From assembly GCF_009914755.1 (NCBI RefSeq), contig NC_060935.1: a DNA stretch of 64,000 nt, one strand, 5' to 3'. Below, piece by piece: positions 50,741 through 64,000 of the stretch. The stretch is from the human T2T-CHM13v2.0 reference genome, Homo sapiens. The translations under genes were made by a program, and so were the position numbers. Within the stretch, counting starts at the first letter, position 1; each line of letters starts with the position of its first letter. The notes under the pieces are model-generated. The model was not told the origin of the DNA. It was given only the letters and a program-made list of their open reading frames with translations, and searched no databases.

Positions 50741-51399
50741 AATTCTGGACACTATTATAACTGTCATAACACTGCAGCACAAGGCAGAGGAGAAGAACAT
50801 GTCTTATAAGGAGTGGGGAAGAATTGGCAGGATCCATATCTTTTTTCTTTCAATAAATTTCTTTAAAAATTATCTACCGAATCTCTGTGCCAATCTCCAA
50901 TATGCTGTGATTACAGTTCTGATATCCATGCTGTTATATAGACATGGAGGGATATATGGTGGCTAGAGGTGCTGGCTTAGATGCAAACAAACAAATGCTA
51001 TGTGTATATAAATATACACATATCTATGAAGTATACACATGTATATATCCATATTTATATCTAGATAGCTATCATCTATCTATATCTGTATATAGAGATC
51101 TATATCTAGACACTCTCATGCAGAGCAATGCATACTGAGTGTGGCCCGTGTGTTATGGTGGTAGCAGGGCCACCTGGCAGGTAGTTGCAGTGTGACCACT
51201 GAAAATCCTTAGTGTCATGAGACCTACATCCACAGAATTTGCTCTTTTGGATTCTCTTACCTTGTTACATATTCAAGTTGCAGTGAGATTTAGACCTGTG
51301 GCTGTTCCTCTTATGGCCTGAGATTGAATTTAAATCATCGCTGTGGGACTGCTTGATGTATGCAATGGTTTAGAGCAAGAGAAAGTTTACAAAGAAAGC

Positions 51400-51877
51400 A
51401 CTCCAAAAATTGAGAGGACCCAGCTGAATCAATTCTCAGGCCTTCAGGAACCGTGGACTCAGGGCTTCTGTTTTTCTTCTTTCTGATTTTTCAGTTACTT
51501 TTCCTGCTACTGTGGAGGTGACTAATCCTACGTGAAAACCATACAAAGGCATGAGCAAGGGAAGAGCACTCTGTCTATAAACACGTAAAGCCTTAACCAA
51601 AGGTGACTCAGTGCTGCAATTAGATGTCCAGTCTCTAAAAACAAACTTCAGAGCTTCCTCATGGCTTTTTCCTTCTGGCTCTGTGGTGTGGGTTGGGCAG
51701 GAACAGATCATAATAAGGGAGGTTTATGATTCCAGCTGGCACGCTGTGGCCACAAATAGGATGTCAGCTTTTGATCAATGAAGCTCATAGGGAAACTCCA
51801 ACCCTAAGATAAATGCAAAGACTGCTTTAATCAAGGAGAGTCTCTGGACACTATAATTCCTGTGAGAACACGAGAAG
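51400..51877 (+). promoter_or_regulatory. NXPE2: Putative NXPE2 proximal promoter / 5'UTR (not a CpG island)
   Basis: Unique sequence directly upstream of the ATG; AP-1 TGACTCA at 51604-51610 and GATA AGATAA at 51807-51812. The TSS cannot be determined from sequence. Confidence 0.5.
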
Positions 51878-51903
51878 ATGGTGGAGAAAATACTCATCCA
51901 TAG
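51878..51903 (+). CDS. NXPE2: NXPE family member 2, coding exon 1 (MVEKILIH+AG)
   Basis: aagATGG Kozak context, donor AG|gtgtgg, phase 2 matching the next exon; the peptide matches the recalled NXPE2 N-terminus. Confidence 0.9.
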
Positions 51904-51974
51904 GTGTGGTACTTTCCAACTCTTACTGCCAAGCTAACGTCAGGGAAGGGAGGGGAGAACTATAGACCATTTGG

Positions 51975-52293
51975 TGTTTTTCAAATGGTGTGATGCAACC
52001 CTTTAGAGGATAGTAAAATCGTTTTATTTGGGCATAAAAATACTTTTAAAATGGAATACAATTCAATGGAATAAAACAGTAACTAGAAAAAAATCACAGT
52101 GCATTGTGTGCAGTGTAGATAGTATTGTTTTATGAGAGTTTTGGGGCGTGTATGTGTGTGTGTGTGTTTGTGTGTATGCATTCATGTGTCCTGAGTTGGA
52201 TTTGGTATGATGTTTTTTTTCTGGGGTGGGGGGGTTGTTTGTTTTTATTTTTTTTACTATGGGTCCTGGTCAAAAATGTTTGGTAAAGATTGC
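51975..52293. mobile_element. MER103-like hAT-Charlie element with an internal (TG)n
   Basis: 'ttttcaaatggtgtgatgcaaccc..tttttactatgggtcctggtcaaaaatgtttg'. Confidence 0.6.
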
Positions 52294-52540
52294 CATAATT
52301 TAGCTCTTTGCCACATACTTTTGGGATTCTGGGTTTTAAAAACTAACACTGAAATTCTAACCACTCAACACTGAGTTTTTTAAAGACTGTAACTTTCACT
52401 CTTTTTGGCAGTGTTTATCAACTGCTTTGGCTTGAGGAGATAACATGGGGTGGCAACAAGCTGCCTAAAAAAGTAAATGGGTGGTTTATAATGAAGCTCT
52501 TGAGGCAGATAAGACCAGGGAGAGAGGGTACCAGACAACA

Positions 52541-52579
52541 TGTGTGTGCGTGTGTGTGTGTGTGTATCAGAGAGAGAGA
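52541..52579. repeat. (TG)n(AG)n microsatellite
   Basis: Read directly. Confidence 0.85.
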
Positions 52580-52611
52580 TTTAGAGACCAGGATTCACTA
52601 GAGGACACGGT

Positions 52612-52633
52612 GGGGGTGGGGTGGGGGTGGGGG
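52612..52633 (+). other. G-quadruplex motif G5-T-G4-T-G5-T-G5 in NXPE2 intron 1
   Basis: Four G-tracts with 1-nt loops. Confidence 0.8.
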
Positions 52634-52921
52634 TACTGTTTTTTCTGGTAAATAATCTAAAACCTTGTTGTCCATGCTGAGACCTCGACAAGAAAACAGG
52701 TTCCAGTATGTGATATGATTCGAAACCCAAAGAATTAACCTGAGTATCAGAAACCAGGAGTCCTTCTAGGAGTTTTGTTCCCTGCCTCAGGGAAACACTT
52801 TGTTTCTGATTGACAATAGAAGATATAAAGGAACTTTTGGAAAACCCAGGATAACATCACCTTGTTCTGGAAATTACTGAAGAGGAACCAAAGTGTACGG
52901 AGCCATGTCGTGCTTATTTGA

Positions 52922-53113
<192 letters not shown>

Positions 53114-53911
53114 TGAATGACCCCCTTTATCATGGCAAGAAATAAAAGTTAAAAGCATATCATCTTAGCAGGAGAATGTGGATCAGGGGTTCACTGTTCA
53201 GCATAAATCCCTTTGGCAATGCATATATTATTATTACTATTTTAAATGGCAATGTATACATTATTATTGTTTTTCTTTAAAAAATGGCAGATGGATTTGT
53301 GCCATCTCTGTACTAGTTGGCACTGTAACCATCCTGCGTCAAAATTCTCTCCTCCTCCCTTGGCCTCTGAGATTTCAAACTAATTAAGTTTCTGTTTCAG
53401 TCCTCTGCCTTCTTCACAGGGGTTTTCTTATTCTTTAAGTAGTTTAGTGTCTCCTGGCTCTTCCCTTTGTAAGTTTTTCTTAACTCACCTTGCTTCCAGT
53501 TTCTTTTCTTCCCAACCATTTAGTACAAACATAATCTTTCAGAAACTCTGCTTTTATCATCTTCTGGTCCTGATCAAATACTTTCACCACTGACAGTATA
53601 AAGAACAAATTCCTTTGTTTAGCCATTCGAGGCCCGTTTACATTTGAACCCAACTACCTTTAAAAGTGTCTTTCTAACCTTTGTCTAACACAGACTTACC
53701 TCCAAGCTTCAAACAAGAAGCACCACAGTCTAGGGCATTCAGCCGGTAATATGAACTGGTTAAAAAAAGCCTTCAGAGCACAGCTCAGAAGGTTTCTTTT
53801 CCTGGGCCCTCTCTATAAATATGTGTTCTCTAGATTTCTTCCTCTGATCCTCTTCTCTTCTATGCTTGTACCTTTTAATTCATTTGCCCAGGTCCTACCC
53901 ACTACCAATAT

Positions 53912-54097
53912 TAGTGTTTCACAAAGTGAAGTCTGGGAGCCTTCTGCCCAGAATACCTGTTCTTATACCTGTGTGTAAAATGCAGATTCCTGAGCCATAC
54001 TCAGAACTACTGAAATCTCAGTTTGAGCCTAAGATTACAAAGTATTAACAAGCTCCTCAGTTTATTCTTAAGCATGCTAACATTTGAGAATCTCTGC
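53912..54097. mobile_element. MER5-like hAT MITE
   Basis: 'aaaatgcagattcctgagcc..cagaactactgaaatc..tttgagaatctctg'. Confidence 0.7.
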
Positions 54098-54129
54098 TAT
54101 GTCCTTCCAAAAGTGAAACCTCTTTCCAG

Positions 54130-54965
54130 CCCCACTCTTGAATATGTGCTATTCATTGGATATCTCCATCTAAGTCTTCCACTAGCACTACCAAAACAAA
54201 AAACACACACACCAAATTTATCATCTGTCTCACCATCATCCCCTAACAAAAACAAAACAAGCATACAAAATCAAATGGAAACAAATTCTCTACTTTTATC
54301 TCTCCAGTCTTAATAATTGTTGCCATAGCCTGTGTAGTCAATCAAGCTAAAACTCCCTCCACAAGCTGATCAGCCACTAAGTCTTATAAATCCTACCTCC
54401 AAAATGTCTCTCAAGTCTATCCTTTTTTTCTCCATCCACATTGTCTTTCTTTAGACCGATACTTTGTCATTGCTCATCTAAATTGTTGAAATAGTTTTCC
54501 AATTAATTTCCCTGCCTCCAGTCTCAGCCTGCTCTAAGCACTCATTCAAAAAACCTTTGTTAAATGTATATTGTGTGTCAGGCACTGGTCTAGGAATTAA
54601 AGATACAGAAATACAGGATATCATGTTTGTGTTCAAGAATCTGAAATTTTATTTCTAAAATGAAAATGTGAATATGGTACTCTACCTTCAGCAGCTCCTC
54701 ATGTAGCATGTGTATGGCCCAAATGCCTTGGCACAGTGTTTTATTGGACTCATTTAAATAAAGGGCACAGAAACTCACTAGGCCTGGTCCAAGACATCCT
54801 TGCACTGGCTGTTTTCTTTTTCTTCCCTTTCTCCAGGTTTTCATGTAACTTCCACGTAGTTCTTACTTCCTTCAAGTCTTTTTCATCTTCTTGATTTAAC
54901 ACCAGACACATCCCCACTCCCACCTCTTAGCATTCCCCTTACTCTGTTTGATTTTTTTAACATAA
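54130..54965. mobile_element. L2 fragments
   Basis: 'ctacctccaaaatgtctctcaagtctatcc..cctgcctccagtctc'. Confidence 0.6.
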
Positions 54966-54984
54966 CGATTATAATTATTACTGA

Positions 54985-56612
54985 TAACAGGCATTAAGTC
55001 ATATCAGAATTATAGGAGTTTCCCGTAATTTTGGAATACATGCCAATAACATATTTATACAAATATAGCCCAAAGGAAACCAAACACCATTTTATATTTG
55101 ACAATGCTTCCTGTATAATTTTTATACCAAATAAGCTACACACGTCATTTTTGGACTATAGGGAACCTATTAGTAATATCTTAAAGGATTAATAAGGTCA
55201 GAAAAAGACATAATTTATAATTTGATTTTGGAAAGTTTGTCAAATATCAAAGGTTTAAAACACTTGATATTACAAAATAGGATCACAGGTCATTGTAAAA
55301 TAAATCATTCATTTAACCAAAGTGATAACTCAAGGATTTTCTTAAAAAGGCAAAACCTTCATTCTATGAGAGAGGAGACTTAATTTTCCAAACAATAAGC
55401 CCTAATAAAAACAACAGGAAGCCTATTAAATTTATTTTCCAAAATTGTATAAACAATCTATAACATTTTCATCCTGATCATAAGATATAACTTCTGTAAG
55501 TCTTTATAACCTTTATGAAGGAGTAGGTTAATGCTTCAAGAAAACCTTGTTAATCTGACATAGGGGCCCACATGCTGGTCTCGCATCAGTGTGCTTTTGA
55601 CATTAATGATTAATTTATAAAGAAAGTGAACTTACTTTATCTTTTAAAGTTGGCCCTTACAATCTCATATGCCCACCTCTTCCAAGATAGTCCCTGGGCC
55701 TTGAGGAGTTGAATGGCTTTAATTTCTGGCCCTGTGTCTCAGGAATGCAGTTAATTTTGATTGGCATCTTCTACCAGGCCTGAAGATGAGGCTTTAATTG
55801 CTGTCAGAGCTTAAGTTTAGCAGGACTTGGTGTTCTTTTTAGACCCAGAAGTCAAAGCCCTGTAGCTCAATGTCACAAGGACTTTAAAAGCACATACAGG
55901 AAGATGCAAGGAAGTAATAACGTTAATTAAAATTTTTTTATTCTCAATTTTTCCTGAGCAAACCAAACTTAATAATAATGCATAGGAATTATTTTGATAA
56001 AACTTAAAATCTGTTAGTCCAGTTACCAAAAGGCAAAAGAGAAGACCTTTTGTAGTGCACAGAATATTATGTTGGAAGAAGACATTTCCTTTAGACCTTT
56101 AAGAAAACATTGCTAGCATAAGGCCACAAGAAACAGAACCTGAGGAGGAAAAAAAAAAACTTATAGGAACTGAAAATGAGTTGAAGGGTATTGTTACTAT
56201 TTCATGTTTTTTAAAAGGGGAGAGAAAACCAAAACCCGTGAGATGCAATAAAAGTTGAACTTTGGGTTAAAATAAAAAAATTAAAATATCTTATAATTTA
56301 TTAAAATTAAATAAACCCCTTAAGAAAATTTCATTGTTCTAACCAATTCTATTATTCAGCGTATAAGTGGTTTTTTAAATATAAAACCTGATCTATAGAA
56401 AGACCATTATAATTTCCCTTTAATCATAGAGAACTAGATCTTATAAAAGTTTTTGAGTTTTTTAAAATAAATCCTCTTATTGTCACTTACACAGGCTGTT
56501 CATGACTTGCTTGGACTTTCTGGTTTGTTCTGAACATCCCTTTTCCTTTAACAGCCAGTCATTTTACTCTAGGACTAAATTTACCATACAATTCTTTCTT
56601 GTTTGAATTATT
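54985..56612 (-). mobile_element. ERV1 (MER4-group) internal fragment without LTRs
   Basis: 'gtcatatcagaattataggagtttccc..ccctgggccttgaggagttgaat..cagtcattttactctaggac'. Confidence 0.7.
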
Positions 56613-56717
56613 TTTTGTAATAGTACTTTTCACTTTCTAAAATAATATATGATTTACTCATTTATTATGTTCATTGATTATTGTCTATCCTTACCTAGTA
56701 TATAGTAACCTTTATAG

Positions 56718-58100
<1,383 letters not shown>

Positions 58101-58506
58101 AGAGAAGGTGTGGTTACACATGTTTGGCAGTGTGACAGGAAGTTGAATGGCTAAGTGATTACTCTTACAGTTCTCTAAAGCCAAGAAGCTTCAGGAACAC
58201 AGAAATTTAGGTATTGGAGGAACTGCCTCCATGGATATTGAAGTCTACCTGGAGGATGTCAAGACTTTTAGTGATTAAGACTAGGAGCCAAGTTCTTCAT
58301 GATCTTCTATAAATGAGTAAAAGAATCCAGTTGGTCAAAAAGTGACAGAGAAGAGGAGGATTATGTAGTAATTGGTGATAGTTGGTCAGATATATCATGG
58401 AGAACAAGATATCTTAGGGTCTTCTGAAAAAATATATATCCCTTAATATATATAAATCTTCAAAATATATATATTTGAAATGTGTGTGCATATGTGTATA
58501 AAACCC

Positions 58507-58933
58507 TGGTTTTAGTCCATTCAAGCTGTTCTAAAAGAATACCACTGACGGAATGGCTTACAAGCAATATAAATTTACTGCTGACAATTCTGGAAGCTGC
58601 AAAGTCCAAGATCAAGGCATCAACAGATTTGGTGTCTGATGAGGGACTGCTTCCTTGTTCATGGATGGGTATCTTTTCATGTGTACTTACATGGTGGAAT
58701 GGGCAAAGGAGCTCTCTGGGGTCCTTTTTGTAAAGGCACTAACTTTATTAATGAGGGCTCCATTCCCATGATCTAATCACCTCCCTAGAAGTCCCATCTC
58801 TTAATACCATCACATTGAAAGTTAAGTTGTAACATACAAATTTGGGAGAACCACAAATATTCTATCTATAGCAACATTGGAGATTAGGTTACAACATGAA
58901 TTTTGGGGAGATGCAAGCATTTAGTCTATGGCA
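58507..58933 (-). mobile_element. MLT1A-like MaLR LTR with a repeated terminal ~60 bp
   Basis: 'ttagtccattcaagctg..aaagtccaagatcaagg..ctatagca', then a second 'acattggagattagg..ctatggca'. Confidence 0.8.
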
Positions 58934-59139
58934 ATTCTAGTGTGTGTATGTGTGTGTGTGTTTAACAGGTTATTAAATAATGAGACAACTGGGCCTCACA
59001 TGAAATTGAGCATTAAATGCTGATCTTGTCCCTGCTACTACTATTTTAAAGAGACTTTCCTCCTTCTGTGCCTAATTTTAAGGGTCTAGCACAAAACTTT
59101 TTGTTTTTCCTTGCTCACATTTGTGTCTCGTATGTTGCA

Positions 59140-59400
59140 TAATTCTACTACATAATATTCTTGACATGACAAAATCATAGAAATAAATAACAGATACATG
59201 TTTGCCAGAGGTTAACTAAGGAATGGGAGAGGGTGAGGGAAAAGTAAGCTTGGTTAAAAAACGGCAACATGAAGGAAAGGAAATGTTCTGTATCTTGACT
59301 ATATCAGTTTCAATATGCTGGTTGCAATATTTTGCTAGTTTTGCAAGATGTTACCATTGAAAAAAACTCCGTAAAGGGTACATGAGATTTCTCTATAATT
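59140..59400 (+). mobile_element. L1MC-type 3' fragment
   Basis: 'cttgacatgacaaaatcatagaaat..ttttgcaagatgttaccattg'. Confidence 0.65.
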
Positions 59401-62400
59401 TATTTTTTTCTAAATACTTTTATAATTTTTAAAATTTTAGATTTAGGGAGTACATGTGCAGGTTTCTTATATGGGTATATTGCATGATGATGTGGTTTGG
59501 GCTTCTAATGCTCCCATTGCCCAGTAGTGAACATAGTACCCAATAGGTAGTTTTTCAATCCTTGCCATCCTCCCTCCCTGCTTTTGGAATCCCCAGTGTT
59601 TATTGTTCTCATCTTTGGGTCCATGTATATCCAACGTTTAGCTCTCACTTATAAGTGAGAACATGTGGTATTTGGTTTTCTGTTTCTGTGTTAATTCATT
59701 TAGGGTAATGTCCCCCAGCTGCATCCATGTTGCTACAAAGGACATGATTTTGTGCTTTGTTTTGGCAGTGTAGTATTCCATGGTGTATATGTACCATATT
59801 TTCTTTATTCAATCCACCATTGTTGGGCACCTGGGTTGATTCCATGATTTTGCTATTGTGAATAGCACTACAATAAACACACAAGAACAAATGTCTTTTT
59901 GGTAGAACAATTTATTTTCCATTGGGTATATACCCAGTAATGGGATTGCTGGGTTGAATGGCAATTATATTTTTAGTTATTTGAGAAATCTTCAAACTGC
60001 TTTTCACAATGCCTGAACTAATTTACAGTCCCACCAACACTATGTAAGCAATTCTTTTTCTCTGCAACACTGCCAACATCTGTTATTTTTTGACTGTTTA
60101 ATAGTAGCCATTCTGACTGGTGTGAGATGGTACCTCACTGGAGTTTTGATTTGCATATCTTTAATTACTAGTGATGTTGAGCATTTCTTATGTTTGTTGG
60201 CCATGTGTATGTCTTTTGAGAAGTATCTGTTAGTGTCCTTCACCTACTGTTTACTGGGACTATTTGTGTTTTTCCTGTTGATTTGTTTAAGCTCCTTATA
60301 GACTCTTGACAGCAGTCCTTTGTTGAATACATTGTTTGTAAATATTTTCTACCATTCTGTAGCTTGTCTGTTTGTTCTGTTGATAGTTTGTTTTGCTGTG
60401 GAGAAGCTCTTTAGCTTAATTCAGTCCCAATTTTTAATTTTTGTTTTTGTTACATTTGCTTTGAGGGCTTAGTTATAAATTCTTTGCCTGGGCCAATGTC
60501 TAGAAGAGTATTTCCCAAGTTTTCTTCTAGGATTTTTATAGTTTGAGGTCTTATATTTAAGTCTTTAACCCATTTTGAGTTAATTTTTCTATATGTTAAG
60601 AGGCGGGGGTCCAGTTTTATTCTTCTGCATATGGTTAACCAGTTTTCCCAGCCCCATTTATTGAATACGTTATCCTTTCCCCAGTGCTTATTTTTGTTGA
60701 CTATATTGAACATTAGTTGGTTACAGGTGTGTGGCTTTATTCCAGGGGTCTCAATTCTGTTCCATTAGTCTATGTGCCTGTTTTTGTACCAGTACTGTGG
60801 TGTTTTGGTTACTGTAACCTTGTAGTGAAGTATAAAGTTGGACAATGTGATGCCACTAGCTGTATTCTTTTTTGCTTAGGATTGCCTTGACTATTTGGGC
60901 TCTCTTTTGGTTCCATATGAATTTTAGAATAGTTCTTTCTCATTTTGGGAATACTGATGTTGGAATAGCATTGAATCTGTACATTGCTTTGGGCAGTATG
61001 GACATTTAAATGATATAGATTCTTCTAATCCATGAGCAAGGGATGTTTTTCCATTTGTGTTGTCTATGATCTTTCTCCTCAACGTTTTGTAGTTCCCCTT
61101 GTAGAGACCTTTCACCTCCTTGGTTAGATGTATTCCTATGTATTTTTTGTAGCTGTTGTACATAGGATTGGATTCTTAATAGTTTCTCAGCTTGAACATT
61201 ATTGGTTTATAAAAATGCTACTAATTTTTGTACGTAAGTTTTGTATCCTGAGACTTTGCTAAAGACCTGTTTATCAGGTCTAGGAGTCTTTTGGCATTAC
61301 CTTTAAGGTTTTCTAGGTATAGAATAATATCATCAATGAAGAGAGATAATTTGACTTCATGTTTTCCTATTTTGATGACTTTTATTTTTTCCTCCTGCCT
61401 GATTACTCTGGTTAGGACTTCCAGTATGTTGAATAGGAGTGGTGAGAATGTACATCCTTGTTCCAGCTCCTAGGGAAAATGCTTCCAGTTTTTGCCTGTT
61501 CATTATGATGTTGGCTGTGGGTTTGCCATAGATAGCCGTGATTATTTTGAGGTATGTTCCTTTGATACCTAGTTTGTTGAAGGTTTTTTATCATAAAGGG
61601 ATGTTGGATTTTTATTGAATGCTTTTTCTGCATCTATTGAGATGATGATATAGTTTTTGTTTTTAATTCTGTTTATGTGGTGAATCACATTTATTGATTT
61701 GCATATGTTAAACCATCCTTGCATCCCTGGAATAAAGCCCACTTAATTGTGGCGAATTAACTTTTGATGTGCTGCTGAATTCAGTTTGCTAGTATTTTAT
61801 CAAGGAGTTTTGCATCTATATTCATCAGAAATATTTGTCTGTAAGTTTGTTGTTGGTGTTGTGTCTTTGCCAGATTTTGATATCAGAATGATACTGGTTT
61901 TGTAGAATGAATTAGAGAAGAGTTCTTTCTCCTTGATTTTGTGGAATAGTTTCAGTAGGATTGGTACCACTCTTCTTTGTATGTCTGGTAGAATTCAGCT
62001 GTGAATCCATGTAATCCAGGGCTTTTTCTGCATGATAGGTTTTTAAACAATTATTATTATGATTCAATGTCTTTAGTCATTTTTGGTCTGTTCAGGATTT
62101 CTGTTCTTCCTGGTTTAATTGTAAGAGATTATGAGTTTCCAGGAATGTACCCATTTTCTCTAGATTTTCTAGTTTGTTTACATAGAAATATTCATAGTAG
62201 TCTCTGAAGATAATTGTATTTCTGTGGGATTGATTGTGATGTCAACTTTGTAATTTCTGATTGTGCTTATTTGGATATTATTTTCTCCTTTGTGAATCTA
62301 GCTAGTGGTCTATTGATCTTGTTTATATTTTCAAATAACCAACTTTTTGTTTTGTGGATCCTTTGTATTTTTTATGGGGTCTGAATTTCATTTAGCTCTG

Positions 62401-64000
62401 CTTTGATTTTAGTTATTTCTTTTCTTCTGCTAGCTTTGGGACTAGTTCTTGTTTTTCTATTTCCTTTAGGTGTGAAGTTAGGTTAGTAATTTGAGATCTT
62501 TCTATCTTCTTGATGCAGGGATTTAGCACTATAAACTTTCCTAGTGACACTAGCTTTGTCACATCTTAGAAATTTTGGTATGTTTTGTCTCTATTTTCAT
62601 TTGTTTCAATTTTTTAAAATTTCTGCCTTAGTTTTGTTATTTACCCAAAAGTTATTCAGGAGAAAGTTGTTTAGTTTCCATATATTTGTGTGATTTTGAG
62701 AGTTCCTCTTGGTGTTGCTTTCTATTTTTATTCCATTGTGGTCTGAGTAGATGCTTGGTATGATTTCAATATTTTTTAATTTATTGAGACTTGCTTTATA
62801 ACCAAGCATGGGGTCAATTTTACAATATGTTTCATGTGCAGATGAGAAGAATGTATATTCTGTGGTTGTTGGGTGGAGTACTTTGTAGATGTCTATGGGG
62901 TCTAATCAGTCAAGCATCAAATTTAAGCCGAGAATTTCTTTGTTTCTTTGTTAGTTTTCTGCCACAGTGGTGTGTCTAATGCTGTCAGTGGGGTGTTGAA
63001 GTCCCTCAGTATTATCATGTGGCTGTCAAAGTCTTTTCTTAGATCTAGAAGTAATTGTTTTATAAACCTTGGTGCTCCAATGGTGGATGCATATATATTT
63101 AGGATAGTTACATCTTCTTGTTAAATTGAACCTTTATCATTATGTCATGCCCTTATTTGTCCTTTTTTAAATTTTTTGGTTTAAAGTCTATTTTATCTGA
63201 TACAAGAATAACAAACTCGGCTCTTTTTCCGTTTGTGTCATAGATCTTTCTCCACCCCTTTACTATGATCCTATGGGTATTGTTATATGTGAGATGAATC
63301 TCCTGAAGACAGCAGAAGGATGGGTCTTATTTTTTAATCCAGTTTGCCACTCTATGTCTTTTAAGTGGAACATTTAGGTCATTTATGTTCAAGGTTAATT
63401 GATAATTGATATGTAAGGTTTTGTTCCTGCCACAGTGTTGTTGGCTAGTTGCTTTGTAGTTTCAATTGAGGGGTTACTTTATGGGATCTGTGGGTTATGG
63501 ACGTGTGTGTGCTTTTGTGGTAGCAAGTAACATTCTTTTATTTCCATATTTAGAACTCCTGAAGGAGATGCTTCTCTTGTAGGGCTGGTCTGGTGGTGAT
63601 TAATTCCCTTAGCAAATACTTGTCTGGAAAATACTTCATTTCTCCTTCATTTATGAAGCTTAGTTTGGTGAGATATGAAATTCTTGGCTAGCATTTCTTT
63701 TCTTTAAGAATGCTAAAAATGGAACCTCTGTCTCTTCTGGCTTGTAAGGTTTCAGCTGAGAAGTCTGCTGTTAGTCTGATGGGCTTCCCTTTATAGATAA
63801 TATGACCTTTTTCTCTAGCTGCCTTTAAGATTTTTACTTTTTTGTTAGTCTTGGATACACTGATGACTGTGTGCCTTGGGGATGGGTTGCCTTGTATAGT
63901 ATCTCATCAAAGTTCTCTGGGTTTCGTATCTGCATGTCAACCTTTCTAGCAAGATTGGGGACATTTTCCTATATTCAAATATACTTTCCAAGTTGCTTAC
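59401..64000 (-). mobile_element. L1PA15/L1PA16-like element in NXPE2 intron 2 (antisense); 3'UTR, ORF2 and part of ORF1, running off the window
   Basis: 3'UTR 'atgggtatattgcatgatg..gaacatagtacccaataggtagtttttcaa'; ORF2-like peptides 60040-62809 on the minus strand. Confidence 0.9.

Overview
This is primate genomic DNA, human-like and very repeat-dense. The only host gene I recognise is the 5' end of NXPE2 (FAM55B) on the + strand. Coding exon 1 (51878-51903) and exon 2 (52957-53062) splice in frame to [44 protein letters not shown]. From recalled knowledge, this places the window in the NXPE1/NXPE4/NXPE2 cluster at 11q23. The rest is mostly L1, Alu, LTR, DNA-transposon, L2/MIR and simple-repeat sequence. 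The most unusual structure is in the first 13 kb: two tail-to-tail L1PA elements (1-4155 +, 6743-12915 -) form an inverted repeat of more than 4 kb around a 2.6-kb spacer made of a 42-bp hairpin minisatellite and an AT-rich tract. The arms look like independent insertions, since their 3' ends carry different subfamily diagnostics. They nevertheless share many private mutations in patches, which points to arm-to-arm gene conversion and possibly inversion. The minus-strand L1 keeps an open ORF0 facing NXPE2, and its second splice donor is in frame with NXPE2 exon 2. Several templated-insertion or local-duplication scars are also visible. Repeat subfamily names come from memory of consensus sequences, and boundaries of old elements are approximate.
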